Source: an uncultured virus (IMG/VR IMGVR_UViG_2770939491_000001)
Taxonomy: Duplodnaviria > Heunggongvirae > Uroviricota > Caudoviricetes
Virus record (IMG/VR): IMGVR_UViG_2770939491_000001
DNA: 64,000 nt
Strand: one strand, 5' to 3'
Shown here one piece after another: positions 56,166 to 64,000 of this stretch (positions are counted from its first letter, which is position 1; every line of letters begins with the position of its first letter). The position numbers and the translations under genes are program-made. The notes beneath the pieces were generated by a model, which was not told the DNA's origin, did not search any database, and saw only the letters and a program-made list of their open reading frames with translations.

Positions 56166-57047
56166 TTAGTTGTTGCCGCCCATGGCTTGTTCGCCGCGCA
56201 CGACACCGGCGGCAGTGCCGATCAGCGACGGAGCCCAGCCCGCGTCCACCAACCCAGTTGCCTGCTCATAGGTGAGGGGGCCGCGAGAGTAGTGCGAGCT
56301 GGCCAGGTAGTTGATCAGCCCTTCTCGCGTGCTGCACACGGGAGTGATCGGCGATCCCTCGGACACGGTTTCCCACAGCTGCCAACCGTCACCGGTCGGC
56401 GGGTCGGTGGGTTCCCACAGTTCGGCACGGATGCGTTGGCAACGCCACTTTTCGAGGCTGCCGTGCCCGTCGCACGTGGCGCACGTCTGTCGGATGCCTT
56501 CGCGTTCGCAGCGCGCTTGGATCACGATCCAGCGGTTGATCGCGTCGTGCCCGAAGCCGTACAGCGACCACTCGTTGACCTGTGCGGCAGTCGGGTGGAC
56601 TGGTGGGTCGGCATCCACCCAGCCCGTTTCCCGGCTCCAGGTGCGGGTGAGGTCCCACAGCCGGTCGCCCTTCACGAGGGCGTCGACGTCGTCCTGGGTG
56701 AGGTGGTGGCACCACTGCCCGTTCCACAGGTTGGCCAGGCGGGTTGCCTCGCGAACGATCGCGGCCTCTCCATCGCCGTAGAAGTCGGCGTCCCTGGACA
56801 CGTTCCGTTCCGCGAAGGCCCGGACCGCAGGAGTTGCTGGTGTCAGGGGGGTCGCCCCGGTTTCGGAGGGGTGGAATGGTGCGTACCCGTACCACTGGTC
56901 TTGCAGGTGTTGCGCTTCGGGCGACGCACCGGATTTGCAGTCGGGGCAGGGTGTTTCGTCGAATCGGTCGGGGCGGAGGAATCCGTGCCAGACTTCGTTG
57001 AGCGGCCAGTCGAAGTCGACGGGGACGCGGCGGACTTCACGCCCCAT
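56166..57047 (-). CDS. Phage hypothetical protein
   Basis: MGREVRRVPVDFDWP...GWQLWETVSEGSPITPV. Confidence 0.8.
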   Translation of the reverse strand: MGREVRRVPVDFDWPLNEVWHGFLRPDRFDETPCPDCKSGASPEAQHLQDQWYGYAPFHPSETGATPLTPATPAVRAFAERNVSRDADFYGDGEAAIVREATRLANLWNGQWCHHLTQDDVDALVKGDRLWDLTRTWSRETGWVDADPPVHPTAAQVNEWSLYGFGHDAINRWIVIQARCEREGIRQTCATCDGHGSLEKWRCQRIRAELWEPTDPPTGDGWQLWETVSEGSPITPVCSTREGLINYLASSHYSRGPLTYEQATGLVDAGWAPSLIGTAAGVVRGEQAMGGNN

Positions 57048-57322
57048 GGCGTGCCTCCTGGGTGTCGCGGGGCACGGTGAAGAAGTGCCGGTCGAGGATG
57101 TCGGGATAGTCGGCGAGGAGCTGGGCGACCGTGCGCTGCTTCGTGTTCCACCAGACGAGGGCGTGGCGGCCGTGCCGAACGAACGGAGCGAGCTGTGTAC
57201 TCATCCCTCAACCACCTCGTGGTCGACGATGAGCTCTACGGCCTCGGCCAGCTCCTGATCGGTGATACGGGCGGTCGAGCCGATCGGGCGCCGGGACAGC
57301 TCACCGTCCGCCACGTCGGTGC

Positions 57323-57661
57323 TCACGCGTCCGCTCCGACCGTGGTGGTGACGATGGTGTAGCCGGCGCGGGCGAAGGCGCCGGCGTGGTCGAGGTTCTT
57401 CCCGGAGCAGGGCAGCTCGTGCCAGTCGACGACCATGCCCTCGCTGTCGGAGATCCACACGTAGGTTTCGTTGATCTTGTGGGTGCCGAGGCTGGTCATG
57501 ATCGCCGTGTCGAGCGTGGACGCGACGACATGGTCAGCGATCCCGTCACGGACGATCAGCGGCGGGTCGAGCCGGTAAACACCGGTGATGGTGCGGAGCG
57601 TTTCGCCGTTCTCGTCGTGGGCGACTTCCTCGGGCAGCAGGGTCGCGGTCTTGGTGGTCAT
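57323..57661 (-). CDS. Hypothetical protein
   Basis: YRLDPPL...ETY...DWHELP...AGY. Confidence 0.65.
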   Translation of the reverse strand: MTTKTATLLPEEVAHDENGETLRTITGVYRLDPPLIVRDGIADHVVASTLDTAIMTSLGTHKINETYVWISDSEGMVVDWHELPCSGKNLDHAGAFARAGYTIVTTTVGADA

Positions 57662-57855
57662 CAGTTCTCCTGGGAGTTGGTGTTGGTCACGTGGGCGCGG
57701 GCATCGCGGGCGGCGGCCAAGTAGCGGGCCTGCACGCTGGCGGGTTCGACCGGCCAGCTGGCCTCAGAGCCGAGACTGTTGAGCGCGCGATAGATGGCGA
57801 TCGCGAGCGGTTCGAGCTCGCTGTCCCAGATCGACTGGTCGGGATCGGGGTTCAC
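57661..57855 (-). CDS. Hypothetical protein
   Basis: 64 aa, coupled. Confidence 0.55.
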   Translation of the reverse strand: MNPDPDQSIWDSELEPLAIAIYRALNSLGSEASWPVEPASVQARYLAAARDARAHVTNTNSQEN

Positions 57856-58088
57856 GGCTTCTCCTGGTGGTCGTTGAGGTAGGCGTCGCAGCGGTCGCGG
57901 AGTTCACGGACTTGCGGTGGAGTGAGGTCGGCGCGGAGCTTCACACCGCCGGCGGGTTCGGTCGCGACCCGCAAATGCATGTGGTGGTCGCCGGGTTCGG
58001 CGATGACTTCGACCGCGTAGCCGTCGTGGTCGATGAGCGGGGCGTCGCCGTAGAGGGTTTCGCCCCGCTCATCGGTGCGGGTGTTCAC
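57852..58088 (-). CDS. Hypothetical protein
   Basis: 78 aa, coupled. Confidence 0.55.
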   Translation of the reverse strand: MNTRTDERGETLYGDAPLIDHDGYAVEVIAEPGDHHMHLRVATEPAGGVKLRADLTPPQVRELRDRCDAYLNDHQEKP

Positions 58089-58248
58089 TCCACACCCGCG
58101 AGGTAGGGCAGCTGCCAGAGGTAGTTGTTGACCCGGTCGCACGGGTCGCACAGATCACCGAAGCCGCTGGCAAGCAGCGGGTTGCTGCGACCGTGGAGGT
58201 CGACGCCTTCGGTGGCGGCGGGCTCGGCGCACCACACGCAGCGGGCGC

Positions 58249-58617
58249 TCACGCCGCCACCGCCTGGATCGGTGCGTACCGCAGGTACCAGCCGTTCACG
58301 ACGACCTTGACGAACACCTCAGGCTCGTGCGCGAACGGTGCGGTGTCGTCGAGGATTTCGGCGAGCGCGGCCTTGGCGTGGGCCATGCAGTACGCCTCTT
58401 CCACGAGGGTGAGCGAGTTCGGGGCGTCGGTGTCGGCGTCGTAGCCCGGGCGGGTCCAGTCGATGTGGACCGAGGCGGTGACACCGTCGCCGTGGCGGCA
58501 GTCGCCCTCGTAGCACTCGGTGTCGACGAACGCGCTGCCATCCCAGTCGGTTTCGAAGGTGACGCGGTTGTCGTCGGGGATGCCGAGGAGGTTGCGGACC
58601 TGGGTTTCGGTGAGCAT
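58249..58617 (-). CDS. Hypothetical protein
   Basis: 122 aa from MLTETQVR; AAGGA RBS. Confidence 0.6.
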   Translation of the reverse strand: MLTETQVRNLLGIPDDNRVTFETDWDGSAFVDTECYEGDCRHGDGVTASVHIDWTRPGYDADTDAPNSLTLVEEAYCMAHAKAALAEILDDTAPFAHEPEVFVKVVVNGWYLRYAPIQAVAA

Positions 58618-58634
58618 CGGGGTGTTCCTTCCGG

Positions 58635-58928
58635 TCAGGCCGCGAGGGCGGTGGGCTGGAGCAGGGTGGTGGGGATGATCGCGGTGATCGAGGCGGCGTC
58701 GACCATGTCGAGCGCCCAGATCGCGTCGGCCGCGTGGGCGAGGCAGTGGGTGGTGGTTTCGGTCCAGTTCCCGGCGCGGTGCGTGTGCTCGGCCTCCAGG
58801 CGGACCAGGCCGGTGGCGGTGCAGTCGTCGCACTCGTCGGTGAAGGTGACGGAATCGGCGGTGGCGCCGTGGATGTCGAGCGGGCTGACACCGAGGAGGC
58901 CGGCGACCGCCGTGGTGGTGGGGTTCAT
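58635..58928 (-). CDS. Hypothetical protein
   Basis: 97 aa; GGAGG RBS. Confidence 0.6.
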   Translation of the reverse strand: MNPTTTAVAGLLGVSPLDIHGATADSVTFTDECDDCTATGLVRLEAEHTHRAGNWTETTTHCLAHAADAIWALDMVDAASITAIIPTTLLQPTALAA

Positions 58929-59059
58929 GCCGCTACCTCCAGTGCGGTTTCGGGGGCGAACGAGCAGTAGGTGACGTGCTCGCCGGTGGTGGTGTCGAGC
59001 CAGGTGTCGCAGTCCTCGTGCCCGCAGGTGGGGTGGGGGTCGGTGGTCACCATCTCTGC

Positions 59060-59345
59060 TCCTTTCAGGTTCGTACTGTATGGCTTACATTACTTACGTC
59101 ACTTTACTTTACGCAAGGCTTTCACCGATCCCAGTCGACCAGCGCGGCCGAAGTGCGTTGACTTGACAGCTGCGTTTGCGCTGGTGACTCGCCAATTTCG
59201 GTTACATTCGCGCCGGGCGCCCGACATCCCCAGATGGTCGCGCCACCCGGGTCGCGCCTTGTCACGGTTTGGTTACGTAAAGCTGGCTTGTGTTGTGTCT
59301 GCCATACTTTACGTACTACGTTCTTTACGTACCCGCTGAGCGACA
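59060..59345. promoter_or_regulatory. Divergent control region with several TACTTTACG-type sites
   Basis: Gene direction switches here; TACTTTACG at 59105 and 59305, variants at 59072, 59276 and 59321; AT-rich. Confidence 0.7.
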
Positions 59346-59360
59346 CCGAAAGGCCCCGAG

Positions 59361-59765
59361 ATGATCACCACCACCTACAGCCGCCCCCGCGCAGCCCGCC
59401 TCGCCACCGGGCGGCTCATCCGCGACCGGCTCCTCGGTGCCCGCGCGGTCCGCCTGGCCCGCGCTCTCCGCGCCCTCAACGGCTTCTGGATCTCCGGCCT
59501 CCTCGAGCGCGGCGAGCTCGTGACCGTCACCCAGGTCCTCGACCAGCTCGGCGCCGACGCCGAGACGATCCGCCGCTACGCCTCCCAGGCGGGCAAGGCC
59601 ATCAAGCGCGCTTACCTCGCTGCCTACGACGGCCGCACTCCCACCGAGGTCTGGAAGGTCGTCAACGGCCGCCCCCGGCAGGTCCTCGCCTACACCGCCG
59701 ACGAGCCCGTCATCCGCGACGGCTTGGCCGCCTACGCCCGCACCGCCCACCTCGTCGCAGCCTGA
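59361..59765 (+). CDS. Basic hypothetical protein, first gene of the rightward operon
   Basis: GAAAGG RBS; high GC at third codon positions. Confidence 0.75.
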   Translation: MITTTYSRPRAARLATGRLIRDRLLGARAVRLARALRALNGFWISGLLERGELVTVTQVLDQLGADAETIRRYASQAGKAIKRAYLAAYDGRTPTEVWKVVNGRPRQVLAYTADEPVIRDGLAAYARTAHLVAA

Positions 59766-59794
59766 CTCGACCAATACCCAGAAAGGCAACCGCG

Positions 59795-60088
59795 ATGGCA
59801 CACACACTGATTGCCGACTTCGTGACCGATCTCCGCGCCGAACTCACAGTCATGATCACCGCGCGTGGCACTGCCGACCTCGCCAACGACTTGGAGGACT
59901 TGGCAGTCCTCGGTGACGCCGAGCTGCTGGACGACGCCGGGCGGCTCGTGCGCAGCCTCATCGCCGAAACCTTGCACAACCGCCATCTCGAGGTTGCCGC
60001 AGCGCTTGACGCCTGGATCGACAACGACAACAGCGACGACGAAGCGGCCGTCATTGTTCGTGCTGCCCGTGACCTGGTCGCCGCCTGA
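59795..60088 (+). CDS. Hypothetical protein
   Basis: GAAAGG RBS; MAHTLIADF. Confidence 0.65.
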   Translation: MAHTLIADFVTDLRAELTVMITARGTADLANDLEDLAVLGDAELLDDAGRLVRSLIAETLHNRHLEVAAALDAWIDNDNSDDEAAVIVRAARDLVAA

Positions 60089-60184
60089 CCAGTTGGCGGG
60101 GTCACCGCACAACGGTGTGCGGCAAGGGACCAACGACGCTCCCCCACCGACCCCGCCAACACCCCCACCACCGAGAGCCCCGAG

Positions 60185-60409
60185 ATGAAACGCATCCGCA
60201 TCGAGACCGGCTCCGACGTACGACGTTGGGACACCTACGAACTCGATGTCCCTGACGACTTCGACGTCGACAGCGAAGACGCCGAGCAGTACCTGCACGA
60301 CCGGCTCGGTGCCGACGAAGGCGTGGAGTTGATCGACACCAGCTACGAGAGCGACGGCGACAAGTACCCGCCGGACGACCAGGACATCAACAGCTGGGAC
60401 GAGGTGTGA
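60185..60409 (+). CDS. Very acidic small protein
   Basis: 74 aa Asp/Glu-rich. Confidence 0.7.
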   Translation: MKRIRIETGSDVRRWDTYELDVPDDFDVDSEDAEQYLHDRLGADEGVELIDTSYESDGDKYPPDDQDINSWDEV

Positions 60410-60410
60410 C

Positions 60411-60638
60411 ATGGCGACCGACGACCACGACAACGAGATTCGTGTGGGTGACCGTGTCCGGGTGATCCGCGACTTCGACCCACCACACCCGACCGGCGGT
60501 ATCCGGCACGTCGAGTTCGAAGGCACCCTCCGGGAGGTCGACCGGATCGGGTTCCGGCTCGACGGCGAGTGGCCGTACTGCGGGCACTACTCGTGGAACC
60601 CCGGCCCGACCATCACCCAAACGGTCACCCGGCTGTAG
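60411..60638 (+). CDS. Small SH3-like hypothetical protein
   Basis: IRVGDRVRV. Confidence 0.65.
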   Translation: MATDDHDNEIRVGDRVRVIRDFDPPHPTGGIRHVEFEGTLREVDRIGFRLDGEWPYCGHYSWNPGPTITQTVTRL

Positions 60639-60645
60639 CCGCCAA

Positions 60646-60722
60646 GGGTTTGTAGCTCAACAGGCAGAGCAGCCGCCTTCCCCTCCAGGCCGACCCGGGT
60701 TCGAGTCCCGGCAAACCCACCA
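60646..60722 (+). ncRNA. tRNA mimic with intact acceptor/D/T arms and CCA but no canonical anticodon arm
   Basis: GGGTTTG/CAAACCC-A-CCA; GCTC/GAGC; CCGGG-TTCGAGT-CCCGG; central AGCCGCCTTCCCCTCCAGGCCGAC. Confidence 0.85.
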
Positions 60723-60754
60723 CCGAACCGCCCCTCATTTGAAAGGACCCTGCT

Positions 60755-61084
60755 ATGCCTCGCACCGTCGAGCACATCGTCGCTACCCACGAGCTCGCTC
60801 ACGAACGTCGCCGTGCTGGTCGCCCGATCTGGGCTGAAAAGGTCGACCTGCGCGACGTTTTCCGCAACCCGGACATGACGTTCATCGAGTGTCGTGACGC
60901 GATCGTGGCGCGTCTCAAGCGGTCTCGGTGGTTCGTTGAGGCTGACCCGCTCGAGTGCGACGGTGTCCACGACATCATCGCCGTACATCTCGCTCATGCC
61001 GAGGACACCGACGAGTGGGACGGCTGGTGGGACGAGCTGTACGACCTGGCCGACTACGCGCGCGTCTGGATCGGCACCCGGTGA
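60755..61084 (+). CDS. Hypothetical protein
   Basis: GAAAGG RBS; ...DELYDLADYARVWI. Confidence 0.75.
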   Translation: MPRTVEHIVATHELAHERRRAGRPIWAEKVDLRDVFRNPDMTFIECRDAIVARLKRSRWFVEADPLECDGVHDIIAVHLAHAEDTDEWDGWWDELYDLADYARVWIGTR

Positions 61085-61231
61085 ACGACCAGCCTGCCGA
61101 GCGTCCCGACCTCACGGCGTGGCGGCGCCGGCACGAGCTCCGGCAGTCGTCGGCCGCGCAATCGATCCCGTCCGGTACCGACTACCGCCGCAAACCGAAA
61201 CACCCTGAACCACAAGAGAAACGAGATAGCG

Positions 61232-61558
61232 ATGAGTGACCGTGACCTTCTGGCCGACATGCTCTCCGACTGCCTCCACGACGGAACAGCGCCAGCGTGG
61301 ACCGCTGAAACTCTGCTCACGAGGGGCATTCGGCTACCCGCCCGCGAGATCACCACGGCCGCCGAGCTCGATGCGCTGCCGGTCGGGTCGATCGTCGCCG
61401 ATCGTGAGGGTGATCCGTGGAAGGCGCTCAGCATCCACGGCGCGCGGCGGTGGCGCGGTCCGTTCTTGGGCAACTACGAAACCGGGCGCTTCGTCGACGA
61501 CTGGGGTCCTGTCACCGTCCTGTACGTCCCCACTGAGGAGGCCGACCGCGGTGTGTGA
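61232..61558 (+). CDS. Hypothetical protein (ELDALPVGS family)
   Basis: Paralog of 42700..43017. Confidence 0.75.
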   Translation: MSDRDLLADMLSDCLHDGTAPAWTAETLLTRGIRLPAREITTAAELDALPVGSIVADREGDPWKALSIHGARRWRGPFLGNYETGRFVDDWGPVTVLYVPTEEADRGV

Positions 61559-61796
61559 CAACTTCTTGCCTCTGATGCAGCCGGTTCGTCCGGTCACCCG
61601 CGCGCAGTGGGAGTTGGCGTTGCGGCGCGCGATCGTCGGCACCCAAGTCTCGGACTCCGACGGCGACATCTGGACCAAGCGGCTCGCCCGGGCCGACGAC
61701 GACCTGACCTGGTTGCGTACCAACGGCGGGTGGGCCAGCGCCCACGACGTCGCCCTCTACGCACCATTCACCTTCCTGAGGATCACCAATGTCTGA
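61551..61796 (+). CDS. Hypothetical protein
   Basis: VGTQVSDSDGDIWTK...YAPFT. Confidence 0.55.
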   Translation: MCDNFLPLMQPVRPVTRAQWELALRRAIVGTQVSDSDGDIWTKRLARADDDLTWLRTNGGWASAHDVALYAPFTFLRITNV

Positions 61797-61888
61797 AGAT
61801 CAAGGAAAAGCTTTGAACCTCGGTTCGCGCAACCTCGTCGACGCGCGGCTCGGCGCGGCTCTCCACCTCATCGAAAAGGACGGCGACG

Positions 61889-62623
61889 ATGAGTGACCGC
61901 GACACCCTGGCCGACCAAGTGATCCGACATGGGTTTACCTACGCTGATCTGGACCGGCTCGCCCGGACTGCGGTGACCGCAGATCGGTCGATGGCCTCCG
62001 ACATCGACACCCGATATAACACGGCATGGTCGGCGATCGCCGAGGCCCTGTGTGCCGCAGACGAGCCACCGACCCGGCATGAGCTTGTCCAGGTGGGCTG
62101 GCAAGCCATCTACGCCGAGGTCCGCGAAATGCGACACACCTACGGTCAAGACCGCGATGACCCGAACGCGCCCGTGGCGTCGATGCCTCGCGCGCAACAG
62201 TTCTGGTTCGTCCATCCGGTCGAACCCGGTCTGTCGTTCATCGAGCGTCTGGCTGCCAAGCAAATCATGGCCACGCTGTCGCCGATTTATCAAGACGCCG
62301 TGCTTGCGCTGGCAGTCCATGGAGACTATGACCGGGCGGCGGCATCGCTTGGTCTGAAATACAGCGCGTTCACTGCGCGGATGTCGGTTGCCCGCAAGGC
62401 GTTTCGACAGCTTTGGTTCGCGCCAGAACCGGCACCGCCGATCCGTGGAACTGATCGGCGGGTCGGTTCTCGAACCACGGCTTTGCGCACGCATTGCCAT
62501 CGCGGACACGAACTAGCTGGCGACAACGTCCGCGAGCGGCGCGGCCGAAAAGAGCGCGTCTGTCGCGCATGCGAGCACGACCGAAGCGTCGCTAAGCGGA
62601 CCGCACAGGAGAGGGCAGCTTGA
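61889..62623 (+). CDS. Sigma-like/HTH protein with an HNH-type C-terminal Zn module
   Basis: LSPIYQDAV...AAASLGLKYSAFTARMSVARK (region-4-like HTH); THCHRGH...CRAC. Confidence 0.7.
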   Translation: MSDRDTLADQVIRHGFTYADLDRLARTAVTADRSMASDIDTRYNTAWSAIAEALCAADEPPTRHELVQVGWQAIYAEVREMRHTYGQDRDDPNAPVASMPRAQQFWFVHPVEPGLSFIERLAAKQIMATLSPIYQDAVLALAVHGDYDRAAASLGLKYSAFTARMSVARKAFRQLWFAPEPAPPIRGTDRRVGSRTTALRTHCHRGHELAGDNVRERRGRKERVCRACEHDRSVAKRTAQERAA

Positions 62624-62789
62624 TGGGCTGGCGTAAACGGCGTTTCACGATCGAGGAGTTGAAGTTGGCATACGACGTCGGTGCGGCGCATCAGCTGATC
62701 CTGGAGCGGATCGGCGAGGACAACGAGACGACGTCGTTCGAGCGCCTGGTGGCGGACCTGCGGGGTTCGGTTCGAAAGGGAGCGGTGTG

Positions 62790-63353
62790 ATGGCAAAACC
62801 GTTGCTGTACCTCGATGTCGACGGCCCGCTCAACCCGTATGCCGCGAAACCTGAACGCCGCCCAACTGGGTACGACACTCACCGGTTGATGCCTGCGGCG
62901 TGGCTCGAGCGGCACCCGAACACACCACCGGACCGGGTGAAGCCGTTGCGGGTGTGGTTGAACCCGGCGCACGGTCCCGCCTTGCTCGCCCTGGCCGACG
63001 TGTTCGAGCTGGTGTGGGCGACGACGTGGGAGCACGAGGCGAACGAGTTCATCGGCCCGTTGATCGGGTTGCCGGAGTTGCCGGTGGTGGAGTGGGCGGA
63101 GGGCCGGCCGAAGGTGAATCGGGCTGGCGTCTACTGGAAGACACCCCAGCTGATCGAGCACGCGGCGGGTCGACCGTTTGCGTGGGTTGATGACGAGATC
63201 GGCCGATACGATCGGGAGTTCGTTTCGACCTATCACGGTCGTGCTGCGCTTCTGCACTACGTTGGCCCTGCGAAGGGGTTGCTCGACGAGGACTTCGCGG
63301 TGCTGCGGGAGTGGGGAAATGGTCAGACCGGCGTGGCAGGATCGGCGGCGTGA
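62790..63353 (+). CDS. HAD phosphatase of the Swiss-Army-Knife RNA-repair type
   Basis: LLYLDVDGPLNP, LVWATTW, WKT, FAWVDDE. Confidence 0.88.
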   Translation: MAKPLLYLDVDGPLNPYAAKPERRPTGYDTHRLMPAAWLERHPNTPPDRVKPLRVWLNPAHGPALLALADVFELVWATTWEHEANEFIGPLIGLPELPVVEWAEGRPKVNRAGVYWKTPQLIEHAAGRPFAWVDDEIGRYDREFVSTYHGRAALLHYVGPAKGLLDEDFAVLREWGNGQTGVAGSAA

Positions 63354-63532
63354 GCGAGTTCGCGCTGAAAGTGGATCTCGGCGACCAGGACGGCGCCGAG
63401 GCTACGGCCGCGGTGGTGGCTGCGTTGCGGGCTGTGGCGGATTCCCTCGACGACCAGCCGTTGACCGACAGCCAGTACCGGCGGGTGCGGAAGCATCAGC
63501 CGCAGCGAATCGAATGGGAGTGGACCCGATGA
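63350..63532 (+). CDS. Small hypothetical protein
   Basis: GTGA-coupled 60-aa ORF. Confidence 0.5.
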   Translation: MSEFALKVDLGDQDGAEATAAVVAALRAVADSLDDQPLTDSQYRRVRKHQPQRIEWEWTR

Positions 63533-63675
63533 CCTGTGATGTTTGCGACGAGCCTGCCAAGGTGCTCGTGGTGCAGCCGGACGAGCCGGGTGGTGTGCCG
63601 CATCCGCTGTGCGCGCTGCATCTTGCACAGTTCGCGCAGGATTTGCTAGCCGCAGAACCCGGTTAGTCTGGCCTC

Positions 63676-63855
63676 ATGAGGTTCGAGGTTGGTCAGCGTG
63701 TGCGGTTGCATGCGAATGGTGGGTCGGTGTTCAAGGTGCTCGAGGTGGATTACGAGGGCAACTCGGAGCGGGTGTTGATCGAGTCGGTGGAGGACACACC
63801 GGGCACGTACCCGTGGTCGGCGAGCACGACGTTGATGGTGAACGCCGACGAGTGA
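63676..63855 (+). CDS. Small hypothetical protein (59 aa)
   Basis: MRFEVGQRVRL...TYPWS. Confidence 0.5.
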   Translation: MRFEVGQRVRLHANGGSVFKVLEVDYEGNSERVLIESVEDTPGTYPWSASTTLMVNADE

Positions 63856-64000
63856 TGGTGAACGCCGAACGCCCCGGACACGGTTTGTGTCCGGGGCGTT
63901 CGTGATTGGGTAATCGGCCGCACGGCAGGCTTGATACAAGCGTGTGTATTGGCCTTCGAAGTGTAGGTCGTCGGGCTACGGTCAGGGTAGCGGCCCCAGG

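Overview
High-GC actinobacterial (mycolata-type, probably Nocardia/Rhodococcus/Gordonia-like host) temperate siphovirus or prophage; the window begins next to its integrase and does not reach the other end. Left to right: tyrosine integrase and excisionase; two accessory genes, one with a perfect LexA box; a complete minus-strand virion/lysis operon (tail fibres, holin, three-domain lysin, minor tails, Dit, tape measure, -1-frameshifted tail chaperones, major tail, neck, capsid, scaffold, MuF with a protease-like extension, portal, intein-containing metallophosphoesterase, terminase); NrdH; a secreted cutinase; a HEPN-like moron; then many small genes with a transcription divergence near 59.1-59.3 kb. 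The most striking content is RNA-centred: seven tRNA genes in two clusters, one of them a non-canonical 8/4 allo-tRNA-Ser; two tRNA mimics with broken anticodon arms; a ~360-nt structured GOLLD-like RNA nested among tRNAs; and a dispersed RNA-repair kit (RNA ligase, Pnk, phosphoesterase, RlaP-like Pol-beta, HAD_SAK-like phosphatase). Also present are three free-standing homing endonucleases (one split a neck gene and left a recoded replacement 5' end) and a repeated palindromic operator-like motif. No repressor or replication genes were recognised. All family calls come from motif recognition by eye; no searches were run.
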